From NCBI GenBank assembly GCA_963727485.1, contig CAVSGM010000011.1, positions 480,001 to 544,000 on the forward strand: a stretch of DNA of 64,000 bases, given 5' to 3'. The notes beneath the pieces are model-generated. The model had not been told where the DNA came from. It saw only the letters and a list, made by a program, of their open reading frames with translations, and made no database searches. The position numbers and the translations under genes were made by a program. This document shows, in pieces, positions 9,279 to 18,123 of this stretch (its first letter is position 1; each line of letters starts with the position of its first letter). Source of the DNA: an uncultured delta proteobacterium. Lineage in GTDB: Bacteria > Myxococcota > Myxococcia > SLRQ01.

Positions 9279-10223
9279 ATGCGCGCGCCCCCCGCCATGG
9301 ACAGCATCCTCGAGGCCGTCGGCGGCACCCCCCTGGTGCACCTGCCGCGCCTCTCGCCCCCGGGGCGGACCCTCCTCGCCAAGGCCGAGCACCTGGAGCC
9401 GGCGGGCTCGGTGAAGGACCGCATCGCCCTGGAGATGATCGCCGCCGCCGAGCGCGACGGGCGCCTCGAGCCCGGGGGCACGGTCATCGAGCCCACCAGC
9501 GGCAACACCGGGGTGGGCCTGGCGCTCGTGTGCGCCGCCCGGGGCTACCGCCTCATCCTCACCATGCCCTCGGACATGAGCCTCGAGCGCCGGCAGCTCC
9601 TCGAGGCCTACGGCGCCGAGGTGGTCCTCACCGACGCCGCCCGGTTCATGGAGGGCGCCATCGCCGCCGCCGCCGACCTCGCCGCGGCCACCGACGGCGC
9701 CTTCGTGCCCAGCCAGTTCGACAACCCCGACAACCCCGCGGCCCACCGGAAGGGCACCGGCCCCGAGCTCGTCGACGCCCTCGAGGCCTGGCGGGGGGAC
9801 GACGCCCGCCTCGACGCGGTGGTCCTGGGGGTGGGCACCGGGGGCACCCTCACCGGCGTCGCCCCGGTGCTCCGGGCCCGCTTCCCCGGGGTGCAGGTGG
9901 TGGCGGTGGAGCCGGCCACCAGCGCCGTCCTCTCCGGGGGCGAGGCGGGCTTCCACCGGATCCAGGGCATCGGCGCGGGCTTCGTGCCCAAGGTCCTCGA
10001 CCGCGGCGCCGTCAATCGGGTGGTCACGGTCACCGACGAGGCGGCCTGGGCCATGCGCGGGCGCCTCGCCCGGGAGGAGGGGATCCTCGCCGGGGTGTCC
10101 TCCGGCGCCAACGTCCACGCGGCCCTCGAGCTGGCGGGGACCCTCCCCGAGGGGGCGGTGGTGGCCACCCTTCTCTGCGACACCGGCGAGCGCTACTTCT
10201 CCCTGGAGCGGTTCTTCCCATGA
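9279..10223 (+). CDS. cysK: cysteine synthase A (O-acetylserine sulfhydrylase)
   Basis: SVKDRIA (PLP Lys), EPTSGNTG, QFDNP, GVGTGGT, HRIQGIGAGFVP, DTGERY. Confidence 0.92.
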   Translation: MRAPPAMDSILEAVGGTPLVHLPRLSPPGRTLLAKAEHLEPAGSVKDRIALEMIAAAERDGRLEPGGTVIEPTSGNTGVGLALVCAARGYRLILTMPSDMSLERRQLLEAYGAEVVLTDAARFMEGAIAAAADLAAATDGAFVPSQFDNPDNPAAHRKGTGPELVDALEAWRGDDARLDAVVLGVGTGGTLTGVAPVLRARFPGVQVVAVEPATSAVLSGGEAGFHRIQGIGAGFVPKVLDRGAVNRVVTVTDEAAWAMRGRLAREEGILAGVSSGANVHAALELAGTLPEGAVVATLLCDTGERYFSLERFFP

Positions 10224-10985
10224 GCCTCACCGAGCCCCAAATCGAGCGGTACGGCCGCCGAATCCTCCTCGACGAGATCGGCGGGGCGGGTCAGGAGACC
10301 CTCCTCGGGGCCCGGGTGGGCGTGGTCGGCGCCGGGGGCCTGGGCTCGCCCGTGGTCCTCTACCTCGCCGCCGCCGGGGTGGGGCACCTGACGGTCCTCG
10401 ACCCGGACACGGTGGCCCTCTCCAACCTCCACCGGCAGAATCCTCCACACCACCGCCGACCTCGGGCGCCCCAAGGCGAGGCGCGCCGCCGAGGCGGTGG
10501 GCGCCCTCGACCCCGCGCTCCAGGTGGACGCCGTCGAGGGCCGCCTGGAGCCGGAGACCGCCGACGCCTTCTTCCGGGATCACGACCTGGTGGTCGACGG
10601 CTCGGACAACTTCGACACCCGCTTCCTCGCCAGCGACGCGGCGGTGCGCACCGGCACCCCCCTGGTCCACGGGGCGGTCCTGGGCTTCTCGGGGCAGGTG
10701 ATGGTCGTCGCCCCCGGCGAGGGCGGGTGCTACCGCTGCCTCTTCGAGGCCCCGCCGCCGGCGGGCGAGGTCCCGGCGTGCTCGGTGGCCGGGGTGGTCG
10801 GCGCCGCCTGCGGGGTCCTGGGCTCGGTCATGGCCCTCGAGGCAATCAAGCGCCTGGTGGGCGCCCCGGGCCTCGTCGGGCGGATGTGGACCTGGGACGG
10901 GCTGACCGGCCGGGTCCGCGTGGTCACGGTGCCCAGGAACCCGAGGTGCCCGAGCTGCGGCGCCCCCCGGGAGGCCCGCCGGTGA
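10220..10985 (+). CDS. MoeB/ThiF-family adenylyltransferase (E1-like), +1 frameshift at about 10440
   Basis: GAGGLGSP, SNLHRQ, DGSDNFDTR, CYRC and CPSC zinc motifs; no rhodanese domain. Confidence 0.9.
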
Positions 10986-11206
10986 CCGCCCCCCTCAATC
11001 TCCAGGGGGTCGCCTGCCCCCTCAACCTCGTGAAGGTCCGCCTCGCCCTCGAGCCCCTGGCCCCGGGCGAGGTGCTCACCGTTCTCCTCAATCCCGGGGA
11101 GGCCACCGACAACGTCCCCCGCGCGGTGGCCCAAGCCGGCCACGCGGTCCTTCAGACCACCCCGGGCGAGCCCACCCGCATCGTCATCCGCAAAGGAGGC
11201 CCCTGA
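10982..11206 (+). CDS. TusA/SirA-family sulfur carrier
   Basis: GTG start overlapping the moeB stop; LNLQGVACPLNLVKVRLALEPLAPGEVL...NVPRAV. Confidence 0.85.
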   Translation: MTAPLNLQGVACPLNLVKVRLALEPLAPGEVLTVLLNPGEATDNVPRAVAQAGHAVLQTTPGEPTRIVIRKGGP

Positions 11207-11484
11207 TGTCCGTCACCGTCCGCATCCCCACGCCGCTCCGCAAGCTCTCCGCCGGCGCCGACCAGGTCGAGGTCGAGGGCGCCACCATCGGCGAGGTCCT
11301 CACCGCCCTCGAGGCCGCGCACCCCGGGTTCCAGGAGAAGATCCTCGACGACAAGGGGGCCCTGCGCCGCTTCGTGAACATCTACGCCGGCGACGAGGAC
11401 GTCCGGTTCCTCGACGGCCTGGAGACCCAGGTCGCAGACGGCGCCCAGGTGTCCATCGTCCCGGCCATCGCCGGGGGCCGGTAG
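11206..11484 (+). CDS. MoaD/ThiS/CysO-family ubiquitin-like sulfur carrier ending GG-R
   Basis: VRIPTPLRK, LRRFVNIYAGDEDVRFLDGLET, IVPAIAGGR*. Confidence 0.93.
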   Translation: MSVTVRIPTPLRKLSAGADQVEVEGATIGEVLTALEAAHPGFQEKILDDKGALRRFVNIYAGDEDVRFLDGLETQVADGAQVSIVPAIAGGR

Positions 11485-11490
11485 CCGCCC

Positions 11491-12456
11491 GTGTCCGAGG
11501 CCCGCTTCCACCGCTACGGCCGGTTGCCGCTCCCCTCCATCGTCGACGCGGTGGGCCACACGCCCCTGGTGCGCCTGCGCCGGGTGGCGGCCCACGTGGG
11601 CCCAGAGGTCGAGGTCTTCGCCAAGCTCGAGTTCTTCAACCCCGGGGGCTCGGTGAAGGACCGCCCGGCCCGAAAGATGCTCCTCGACGCCCTGGCCGAC
11701 GGGCGCCTGAAGCCCGGGATGACGGTCATCGACTCCACCAGCGGGAACACCGGCGTCGCCTACAGCTGGCTGACGGCGGCGCTGGGCCTGAAGTGCACCC
11801 TGGTGATGCCCTCGAACGTCTCCCACGGCCGGAAGGCGGTGACCCGGTCGCTCGGGGCCGAGCTGGTGTTCAGCGACCCCATGGAGGGCTCCGACGGGGC
11901 CATCCGCCTGGTCCGGGAGATGGTCGCGGCCCACCCCAATCGGTACTTCTACCCGGACCAGTACTCCAACCCCTCGAACCCCGGGGCCCACGAGGAGGGC
12001 ACGGCGGTGGAGATCCTCGAGCAGACCGGGGGACGCGTGACCCACTTCGTCGCGGGTCTCGGGACCACCGGGACGGTGATGGGCACCGGGCGGGGCCTCA
12101 AGGGCGCGAAACCAGGGGTGAAGGTCTACGCGGTGGAGCCGGACGCGCCCTTCCACGGCCTCGAGGGCCTCAAGCACATCCCCTCGTCGCTCCGGCCGGC
12201 AATCTGGCAGCCCGAGGGGGTGGTCGACGAGATCCTCCCCATCGGCACCGAGGCCGGGTGGGACATGTCGGAGCGACTCGTAAGCGAGGAGGGGCTCGCC
12301 GTAGGCCATTCCGCCGGGGCGGCGGCCGTGGGCGCCCTCAAGATCGCGGAATCCTTGAGCGATGCCGGGGAGCCGGGGGTGGTGGTGACCGTGTTCCCCG
12401 ACCGGGCCGACCGGTACTTCGAGGCCGGGGCGTGGGATCCTGCCCACACCTGGTAG
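11491..12456 (+). CDS. cysM: CysM-like PLP-dependent sulfhydrylase (probably thiocarboxylate-dependent)
   Basis: SVKDRPA, STSGNTG, THFVAGLGTTGTVMGTGR; lies between the Ubl and JAMM genes. Confidence 0.8.
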   Translation: MSEARFHRYGRLPLPSIVDAVGHTPLVRLRRVAAHVGPEVEVFAKLEFFNPGGSVKDRPARKMLLDALADGRLKPGMTVIDSTSGNTGVAYSWLTAALGLKCTLVMPSNVSHGRKAVTRSLGAELVFSDPMEGSDGAIRLVREMVAAHPNRYFYPDQYSNPSNPGAHEEGTAVEILEQTGGRVTHFVAGLGTTGTVMGTGRGLKGAKPGVKVYAVEPDAPFHGLEGLKHIPSSLRPAIWQPEGVVDEILPIGTEAGWDMSERLVSEEGLAVGHSAGAAAVGALKIAESLSDAGEPGVVVTVFPDRADRYFEAGAWDPAHTW

Positions 12457-12483
12457 TTGGATGTGGTAAACAGGGCACCCCAA

Positions 12484-12963
12484 ATGCCCAAGTTGCGGTA
12501 TCCAAAAGAGATCCTGGAGGCCGTGATGGCCCACGCCCGGGCGGCCTACCCCGCCGAGTGCTGTGGGGTCATCTCCGGTGTCGAGGGTCGGTACGGTCCC
12601 GAGCTGGTGGCCGTGCACGAGATGCAGAACGTCTATGACCGGTACCACGAGGTCGATCCCGAGGCCTATCCTCGGACCTCGCGGACGGCCTACCTGATGG
12701 ACCCGCGCAAGCAGGCGGCCCTGATGGAGGCCCTCGCCGAGGCCGGGACCCAGGTCCGCTGCATCTACCACTCCCACGTGGACGTGGGGGCGTACTTCTC
12801 CGAGGAGGACCAGCGCATGGCCCTCCTCGACGGCGAGCCCCTCTACCCAGGGGTCGAGTACCTGGTGGTCGACGTGCAGCAGGGCGAGCCGGTCCGCGCC
12901 GAGGCCTTCGCCTGGGACGGGGAGGCCTTCGCCGGCCGCGAGGCCGGGCGGACAGAGGAATGA
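12484..12963 (+). CDS. JAMM/MPN+ metalloprotease (Mec-like)
   Basis: YPAECCG ... IYHSHVDVGAYFSEED (E...HSH-x7-S-xx-D). Confidence 0.92.
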   Translation: MPKLRYPKEILEAVMAHARAAYPAECCGVISGVEGRYGPELVAVHEMQNVYDRYHEVDPEAYPRTSRTAYLMDPRKQAALMEALAEAGTQVRCIYHSHVDVGAYFSEEDQRMALLDGEPLYPGVEYLVVDVQQGEPVRAEAFAWDGEAFAGREAGRTEE

Positions 12964-13059
12964 CGGAGCCGGGGGGCGCCATTCACCGAATGAATCCAAG
13001 GGCCCAAAGGCGGGCCCGAAGCTAGCGACGGGGGCGGCGGACCTCCTGGAGGAGCAGGC

Positions 13060-13971
13060 ATGGCCGAGAAGACGGGCTACACCATCTGGCTCACCGGCAT
13101 GAGCGGAGCCGGGAAGAGCACCCTGGCGGAGTACCTGGGCACACGACTCGCCGCCGCCGGGCGCGAGGTCGAGATCCTCGACGAGGAGTGGGTCCGCGAG
13201 GACCTCATGGGCGTCCTCGAGCCCACCCGCGAGGCGCGCGACCTCTACATGCGCCGCATCGGCTGGGTCGCCGAGCTCCTCACCCGCAACGGCGTCACCG
13301 CGATCGTCGCCGCCACCAGCCCCTACCGGGAGACCCGCGACGAGATCCGCAAGACGGTCGGCGAGTTCGTGGAGATCTTCTGCGACTGCCCGGTGGAGAC
13401 CCTCATCGAGCGCGACGTGAAGGGCCTCTACAAGAAGGCCCTGGCCGGCGACATCCCCAACTTCACCGGGATCACCGAGCCCTACGAGCCCCCGGCGTCG
13501 CCGGAGGTCACGGTGGACTCGGGGACCGAGACGGTGGAGGAGAGCGGCGAGAAGGTCATCGACTGCCTCGCCCGCCACGGCTACCTCGACCGGTCGGAGG
13601 CCCAGGTGGCGCTCTTCGGCAAGGGCAAGGGGCGCAAGGGCGCCCGCCGGAAGCCTGCCAAGGCAGCGAAGAAGCCGGCGCCGCCCGCGAAGAAGCCCGC
13701 CAAGAAGGCCCCCAAGAAGGCGGCGAAGAAGGTCGCCAAGAAGGTGGCGAAGAAGGCCCCCAAGAAGACGGCGAAGAAGGCGGCCAAGAAGACCACCAAG
13801 AAGGCCACCAAGAAGACCACCAAGAAGACCACCAAGAAGGCCACCGGCGCCAAGGCGAAGGGCGCCAAGAAGCCCGCCAAGCGTGCCGCCAGCCGCACCC
13901 GGACGGTGAGCCGGCCCGCGCGCCGCGCCGCCAAGGTCGCCAGCCGGCGGACGGCCAAGAAGCGCCGGTAG
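13060..13971 (+). CDS. cysC: adenylyl-sulfate (APS) kinase with Lys/Ala-rich histone-H1-like C-terminal tail
   Basis: IWLTGMSGAGKST, RRIGWVA, RDVKGLYKKALAG, FTGITEPYEPP; AGGAG-type RBS upstream. Confidence 0.9.
   Translation: MAEKTGYTIWLTGMSGAGKSTLAEYLGTRLAAAGREVEILDEEWVREDLMGVLEPTREARDLYMRRIGWVAELLTRNGVTAIVAATSPYRETRDEIRKTVGEFVEIFCDCPVETLIERDVKGLYKKALAGDIPNFTGITEPYEPPASPEVTVDSGTETVEESGEKVIDCLARHGYLDRSEAQVALFGKGKGRKGARRKPAKAAKKPAPPAKKPAKKAPKKAAKKVAKKVAKKAPKKTAKKAAKKTTKKATKKTTKKTTKKATGAKAKGAKKPAKRAASRTRTVSRPARRAAKVASRRTAKKRR
13621..13971 (+). repeat. low-complexity KK(A/P/T)x coding repeats
   Basis: Many tandem AAGAAG-containing 12-nt units encoding KKPA/KKAA/KKTT. Confidence 0.9.
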
Positions 13972-14006
13972 GTTGCCAGGGGCGGCCGCGGCCCCAGGAT
14001 CTCCTC

Positions 14007-14853
14007 GTGCCCGACGCCCTCGACCTGAAGATCGCCCGCCTCCGGGAGGCCCTCCGGGACCTCGGCCGGGTGGTGGTGTGCTTCTCCGGGGGCGTGGACT
14101 CGAGCTACCTCCTCGCCGAGGCGGTCAGGCAGCTGGGGACCGACGCGGTGGCGCTGACGGCGGTGTCCCCGAGCCTCGCCCCCGAGGAGGCCGACGGGGC
14201 GCGGCGGCTCGCCGCCCGCCTCGGCGCCACCCACCGGATGGTCGAGAGCCACGAGCTCGACGACGCCCGCTACGCCTCCAACCCGGTCGACCGCTGCTAC
14301 TTCTGCAAGACCGAGGTCTACGGGGTGGCGGTGCGCGAGGCCGAGGCCCTACGCATCGGCCACGTCCTCGACGGCTTCAACGTCGACGACCGGGGCGACC
14401 ACCGGCCCGGGCGCAAGGCGGCCCGCGAGCGGGGGGTGCGCTCGCCGCTGGACGAGCTCGGCTTCCGCAAGGCCGACGTCCGGGAGGCGGCGCGGCGCCT
14501 CGGCCTCGAGGTGTGGGACAAGCCGGCGCTGGCCTGCCTCTCCAGCCGCTTCCCCTACGGGACCCGGATCACCCCCGAGCGGCTCACCCAGGTGGCCCGG
14601 TCGGAGCGGGTGCTCCGGGAGCTGGGGTTCCGGGTGTTCCGGGTGCGCTACCACGACGCCATGGCGCGCATCGAGGTGGCCCCGGACGAGCTGCCCCGGC
14701 TCATGGAGGTGGCCGCCGAGGTCACGGCGCGCCTCAAGGCCGAGGGGTTCACCTATGTCACGGTGGATCTCCGAGGGCTACCGCCAGGGGTCCCTCAACG
14801 AGGGGCTCGGGCGCGACGTGGTCGCGCGCATCGGCGGCGCCGTGGCGCGGTGA
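14007..14853 (+). CDS. larE: LarE-family ATP-dependent sulfur transferase, +1 frameshift at about 14771
   Basis: FSGGVDSS PP-loop, NPVDRCYFCK, DDRGDHRPG, WDKPALACLSSRFPYG, RVRYH; corrected end VDLEGYRQGSLNE. Confidence 0.88.
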
Positions 14854-14887
14854 CGCAGGGCGTCGCGCGGTCGTGACCCGGGGGCGT

Positions 14888-14917
14888 TTGACCCCCGTGT
14901 CACCACCTCTCTACAAT
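14888..14917 (+). promoter_or_regulatory. sigma70-type promoter
   Basis: TTGACC - 18 nt - TACAAT, followed by a GGAGG RBS before ATG 14945. Confidence 0.6.
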
Positions 14918-14944
14918 GGCTCGTCTGGCCTCGGGAGGGGATCC

Positions 14945-17470
14945 ATGCGCGCGCTCCGTCGTCATCCCATCGTCGTGTCGTTGTTCCTGGTCGCCGTCGC
15001 CGGTGGCTGCGGTGGCACCCAGAGCTGCGGCTGCGGGGCCACGCCCCTGGCCCACGACCTCGCGCCCGCGGACAAGGTGGACGACGGGATCCAGATGGAG
15101 ATCTCCCAGTCGGGCTTCACCTACATCGAGCAGAACTTCTCGGGGATCGTGAACCAGTTCATGCCCGGGGGGCTCAACTTCGCCATCCCCAACCAGCCCA
15201 GCGACTGCAGCCGGTGGACGACCAGCATCCAGTACCGGATCTGCCACCAGGGCAGCCCCTGCAGCCTCTCCGCCGCCATCCACGACGTGGGGCTCGCGAC
15301 CAAGGCGCCGAACAAGCTCTCGCTTTCGGCCCAGGTGGACATCTCCGGGCCGGCCATCCCCATCCAGATCTGCGGCTACGCCACCAAGACGAGCTGCGAC
15401 ATCAAGGTGCACGTGTCCAACAAGCCGGTGAGCGCCGAAGTGATCTTCAGCCGCGATCCGGTCACCGACGCCCTGACCTTCGACATCCAGAACGTCAGCG
15501 TGAGCCTCCAGGGCAGCGACTTCAGCCTGGGCGGCGGCTTCGTCTGCAGCATCGGCGACATCGGGTTCATCAAGAACTTCATCGCCGGCCAGGCCAACAG
15601 CGCGATCAAGGGCCAGCTCAACTCCATGGTGAAGCAGCAGCTCGACGCCATGAGCTGCATGCCCTGCGACTACTTCGGCGACGGCTGCGCCACGGGCCTC
15701 AACCCCTCCGCCGGCGCCTACTGCAAGGCCGACGCGAGCGGCAGCAAGTGGTGCATGAACGGGTCGACCGACCCCAACTGCATCCACAAGCCGCTCGGCT
15801 TCACGGGCAACGTGGACCTGGGGTCGGCGTTGGCCTCGCTGATGCCCGGGGTGAAGGCGCCGGTGAACATGTACATGGGCCTGGGCCAGGCCCAGGACCC
15901 CACCGCCGACCCGCTGGTCCCCGCCGACGGCGGGCCGCTGGACCTGCGGATGATCACCGGCACCAGCGTCGACCAGCAGAGCCCCTGCGTCCCCGACGCC
16001 TCGTCGGCGCCGGACACCTCGGCGCCGCCGCGGATCGACTTCGCCACCGAGGCCCAGGGCACCCCGTACATGGTCGGCCTGGGGGTCTCGGACAACTTCC
16101 TCAACAAGACCTTCTCCGATCTCTACCGCTCCGGCGGGCTGTGCCTGGACATCGGGAGCAAGACCTCGAGCTTCCTCTCGACCGGCCTGTTCACCACCTT
16201 CCTCCCGAGCCTCAACTCGCTGACCGAGGGGAAGAACGCGCCGATGATCATCGCCCTGCGGCCCAAGGATTGGCCGACGGTGGACATCGGCAAGGGGACG
16301 TACCACACGGACCCCAGCGGCAAGATCGTCCTGGATGATCCGCTCCTGACCATCCACATGAAGGGCGTGCACCTCGACTTCTACGCCCAGGTCGACCAGC
16401 GCTACGTCAGGCTCTTCACCCTGACCATGGACATCGACCTGCCGCTCGGCCTCGACTTCACCGGGAACAACCAGGTCATCCCCATCCTCGGCGACCTCTC
16501 GTCGCTGATCTCCAACGTCCAGGCGTCGAACAGCGAGATCCTCGCCGAGGATCCCTCGAACCTGGCGCAGCTCATCCCCGCGCTCATCGGGCTCATCCAG
16601 CCGGCGCTCGCCGGGGCCCTCAAGCCCATCGCGCTGCCGGCGATCCAGGGCTTCGCCCTCAACGTGAACAAGATCGCGGGCATCGTGCCCATGACCCCGG
16701 CCACCACGCCGCCGACCTTCGCCCACCTGGGCATCTTCGCCGGCCTCGCCCTCAGCCCGCCGCCAGCGACCGGGAGCGTCCAGACCACCGCGCAGGTGGC
16801 GTCGGTGCAGGTGCCGGCCACCGCGAGCCTCGCCTGGGCGGGCCCCGTGCCGAACCCCTCGGTGGTCCTCGACGTGGGCACCTTCGACGCCAGCCGCACC
16901 GCCAACGGCGACGAGTGGCAGTACCGCATCGACGGCGGCTTCTGGTCGCCGTTCCAGCGCGTCCAGCAGCTGACGATCGCCTCGCCGCTCTTCCTCCTCC
17001 AAGGCCACCACCGCATCGACGTGCGCGGCCGGGAGATTGGCCACTACCAGACCCTGGACCAGACCCCGGCCTCGGTGACCGTGGACATCGACTGGACCGC
17101 GCCCACCGGCCGCCTCTCGGTGGATCCGTCCACCGGCGCGGTGCAGGTCTTCGGCCACGACCTGGTCACCCCGGCGGCGAAGCTCGAGTACGCCTTCTCG
17201 GTGGACGGCGGGCCCTTCACCGGCTTCTCCACCGACGCCACCACGACCCTGCCGGTGGACGCCCAGTCCCTGGTCGCCGAGGTGCGCGACGAGGCCGGGA
17301 ACACCACCCGGCTGACCTGGCAGGGGCCCAAGTGGGGCGCGAACGACGCGCCGGTTCCGCCGGCGGCCCAGGGCGCCGGCTGCGCCGTGGGCGGGCGCGG
17401 GACCACCGGCGGGATCCTGGGCCTGCTCGTCCTGGGGCTGGGGCTGGCGCTCGTCCGGCGGAGGCGATAG
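14945..17470 (+). CDS. large surface protein, BPI/LBP (TULIP)-like, with MYXO-CTERM-type tail
   Basis: Signal/lipobox VAVAGGC; GIQMEISQSGFTY and MVGLGVSDNFLN segments; Ig-like C-terminal part; GC-linker-TM-RRRR end. Confidence 0.75.
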   Translation: MRALRRHPIVVSLFLVAVAGGCGGTQSCGCGATPLAHDLAPADKVDDGIQMEISQSGFTYIEQNFSGIVNQFMPGGLNFAIPNQPSDCSRWTTSIQYRICHQGSPCSLSAAIHDVGLATKAPNKLSLSAQVDISGPAIPIQICGYATKTSCDIKVHVSNKPVSAEVIFSRDPVTDALTFDIQNVSVSLQGSDFSLGGGFVCSIGDIGFIKNFIAGQANSAIKGQLNSMVKQQLDAMSCMPCDYFGDGCATGLNPSAGAYCKADASGSKWCMNGSTDPNCIHKPLGFTGNVDLGSALASLMPGVKAPVNMYMGLGQAQDPTADPLVPADGGPLDLRMITGTSVDQQSPCVPDASSAPDTSAPPRIDFATEAQGTPYMVGLGVSDNFLNKTFSDLYRSGGLCLDIGSKTSSFLSTGLFTTFLPSLNSLTEGKNAPMIIALRPKDWPTVDIGKGTYHTDPSGKIVLDDPLLTIHMKGVHLDFYAQVDQRYVRLFTLTMDIDLPLGLDFTGNNQVIPILGDLSSLISNVQASNSEILAEDPSNLAQLIPALIGLIQPALAGALKPIALPAIQGFALNVNKIAGIVPMTPATTPPTFAHLGIFAGLALSPPPATGSVQTTAQVASVQVPATASLAWAGPVPNPSVVLDVGTFDASRTANGDEWQYRIDGGFWSPFQRVQQLTIASPLFLLQGHHRIDVRGREIGHYQTLDQTPASVTVDIDWTAPTGRLSVDPSTGAVQVFGHDLVTPAAKLEYAFSVDGGPFTGFSTDATTTLPVDAQSLVAEVRDEAGNTTRLTWQGPKWGANDAPVPPAAQGAGCAVGGRGTTGGILGLLVLGLGLALVRRRR

Positions 17471-17482
17471 GAACCGGGGCCG

Positions 17483-18022
17483 GTGCCCCGCCTTCCCCGC
17501 CTGACTCGCGTCGTCGTCCTCCTCGCCCTCGCCGGGGCCGTCCTGGCGCCTGGGGTGGCGCGAGCCCAGTACCGCTTCGCCACGGCGCCGAGGCTCGACC
17601 ACCGGGGGCAGTGGGGCGTGTCCCTCTCGCCGGTGGTCGGCTACCTCTCGGCCGCGGGAAAGACCGTGGACTCCGGGATCGCCTTCGGCGTCGACTTGGG
17701 GCTCAGCCACGGCCTCGCCGACCGGGGCGACGAGCTGACCCTCCACCTGCGGCCGCTTCTCGCCGGCGCGGTCAAAGGGGCCCTGGTGATGGCCGGGTAC
17801 CGGACCTACTTCGGCCTCGAGACCTGGAAGACCTACGCCGACCTGCAGATCCTGGTGCCGGTGGTGCCGGGGCCGGCGGTGGGGGCCAGGGTGGGGCTCG
17901 GGCTGATGTACGACCCGAGCCGGCGCATCGGCGTGAGCGTCTCCGGCGGGGCGATGGCCGCGGCGGGGGCGGTGTTCGTCACCGGGTTCGACGTGATGGC
18001 CGGGGTGCAGCTGCGGTTCTGA
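17483..18022 (+). CDS. small outer-membrane beta-barrel protein
   Basis: Signal peptide (VARA), alternating hydrophobic strands, C-terminal AGVQLRF. Confidence 0.7.
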   Translation: MPRLPRLTRVVVLLALAGAVLAPGVARAQYRFATAPRLDHRGQWGVSLSPVVGYLSAAGKTVDSGIAFGVDLGLSHGLADRGDELTLHLRPLLAGAVKGALVMAGYRTYFGLETWKTYADLQILVPVVPGPAVGARVGLGLMYDPSRRIGVSVSGGAMAAAGAVFVTGFDVMAGVQLRF

Positions 18023-18103
18023 GCGGTCGCGCCCGAGGAAGCTCGCGCCCGTCGAGACCGTGCGCCCGACCGTCGTCCGCGTCGTGAACGGGAAATCCCG
18101 CCC

Positions 18104-18123
18104 CGGCGCGCCGCCGTTTTTTT
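18104..18123 (+). terminator. possible weak intrinsic terminator
   Basis: CGGCG-cgc-CGCCG followed by T7; overlaps a TTGACG -35-like box. Confidence 0.35.

Noticed and set aside
10220..10985. moeB, larE, Hsp70 and P450 as pseudogenes or programmed frameshifts
   Set aside because: Single +1 indels at GATC with motifs intact on both sides and no slippery sequences; assembly error is more likely.
11206..12963. Ubl/E1/JAMM as an antiphage system (CBASS or Bil-like)
   Set aside because: No E2, cyclase or effector; context is cysteine synthases and TusA.
13621..13971. Repeat tract as CRISPR or non-coding array (also 55050-55160 and 33260-33900)
   Set aside because: Repeats are codon-phased inside ORFs, with no repeat-spacer structure and no cas genes.
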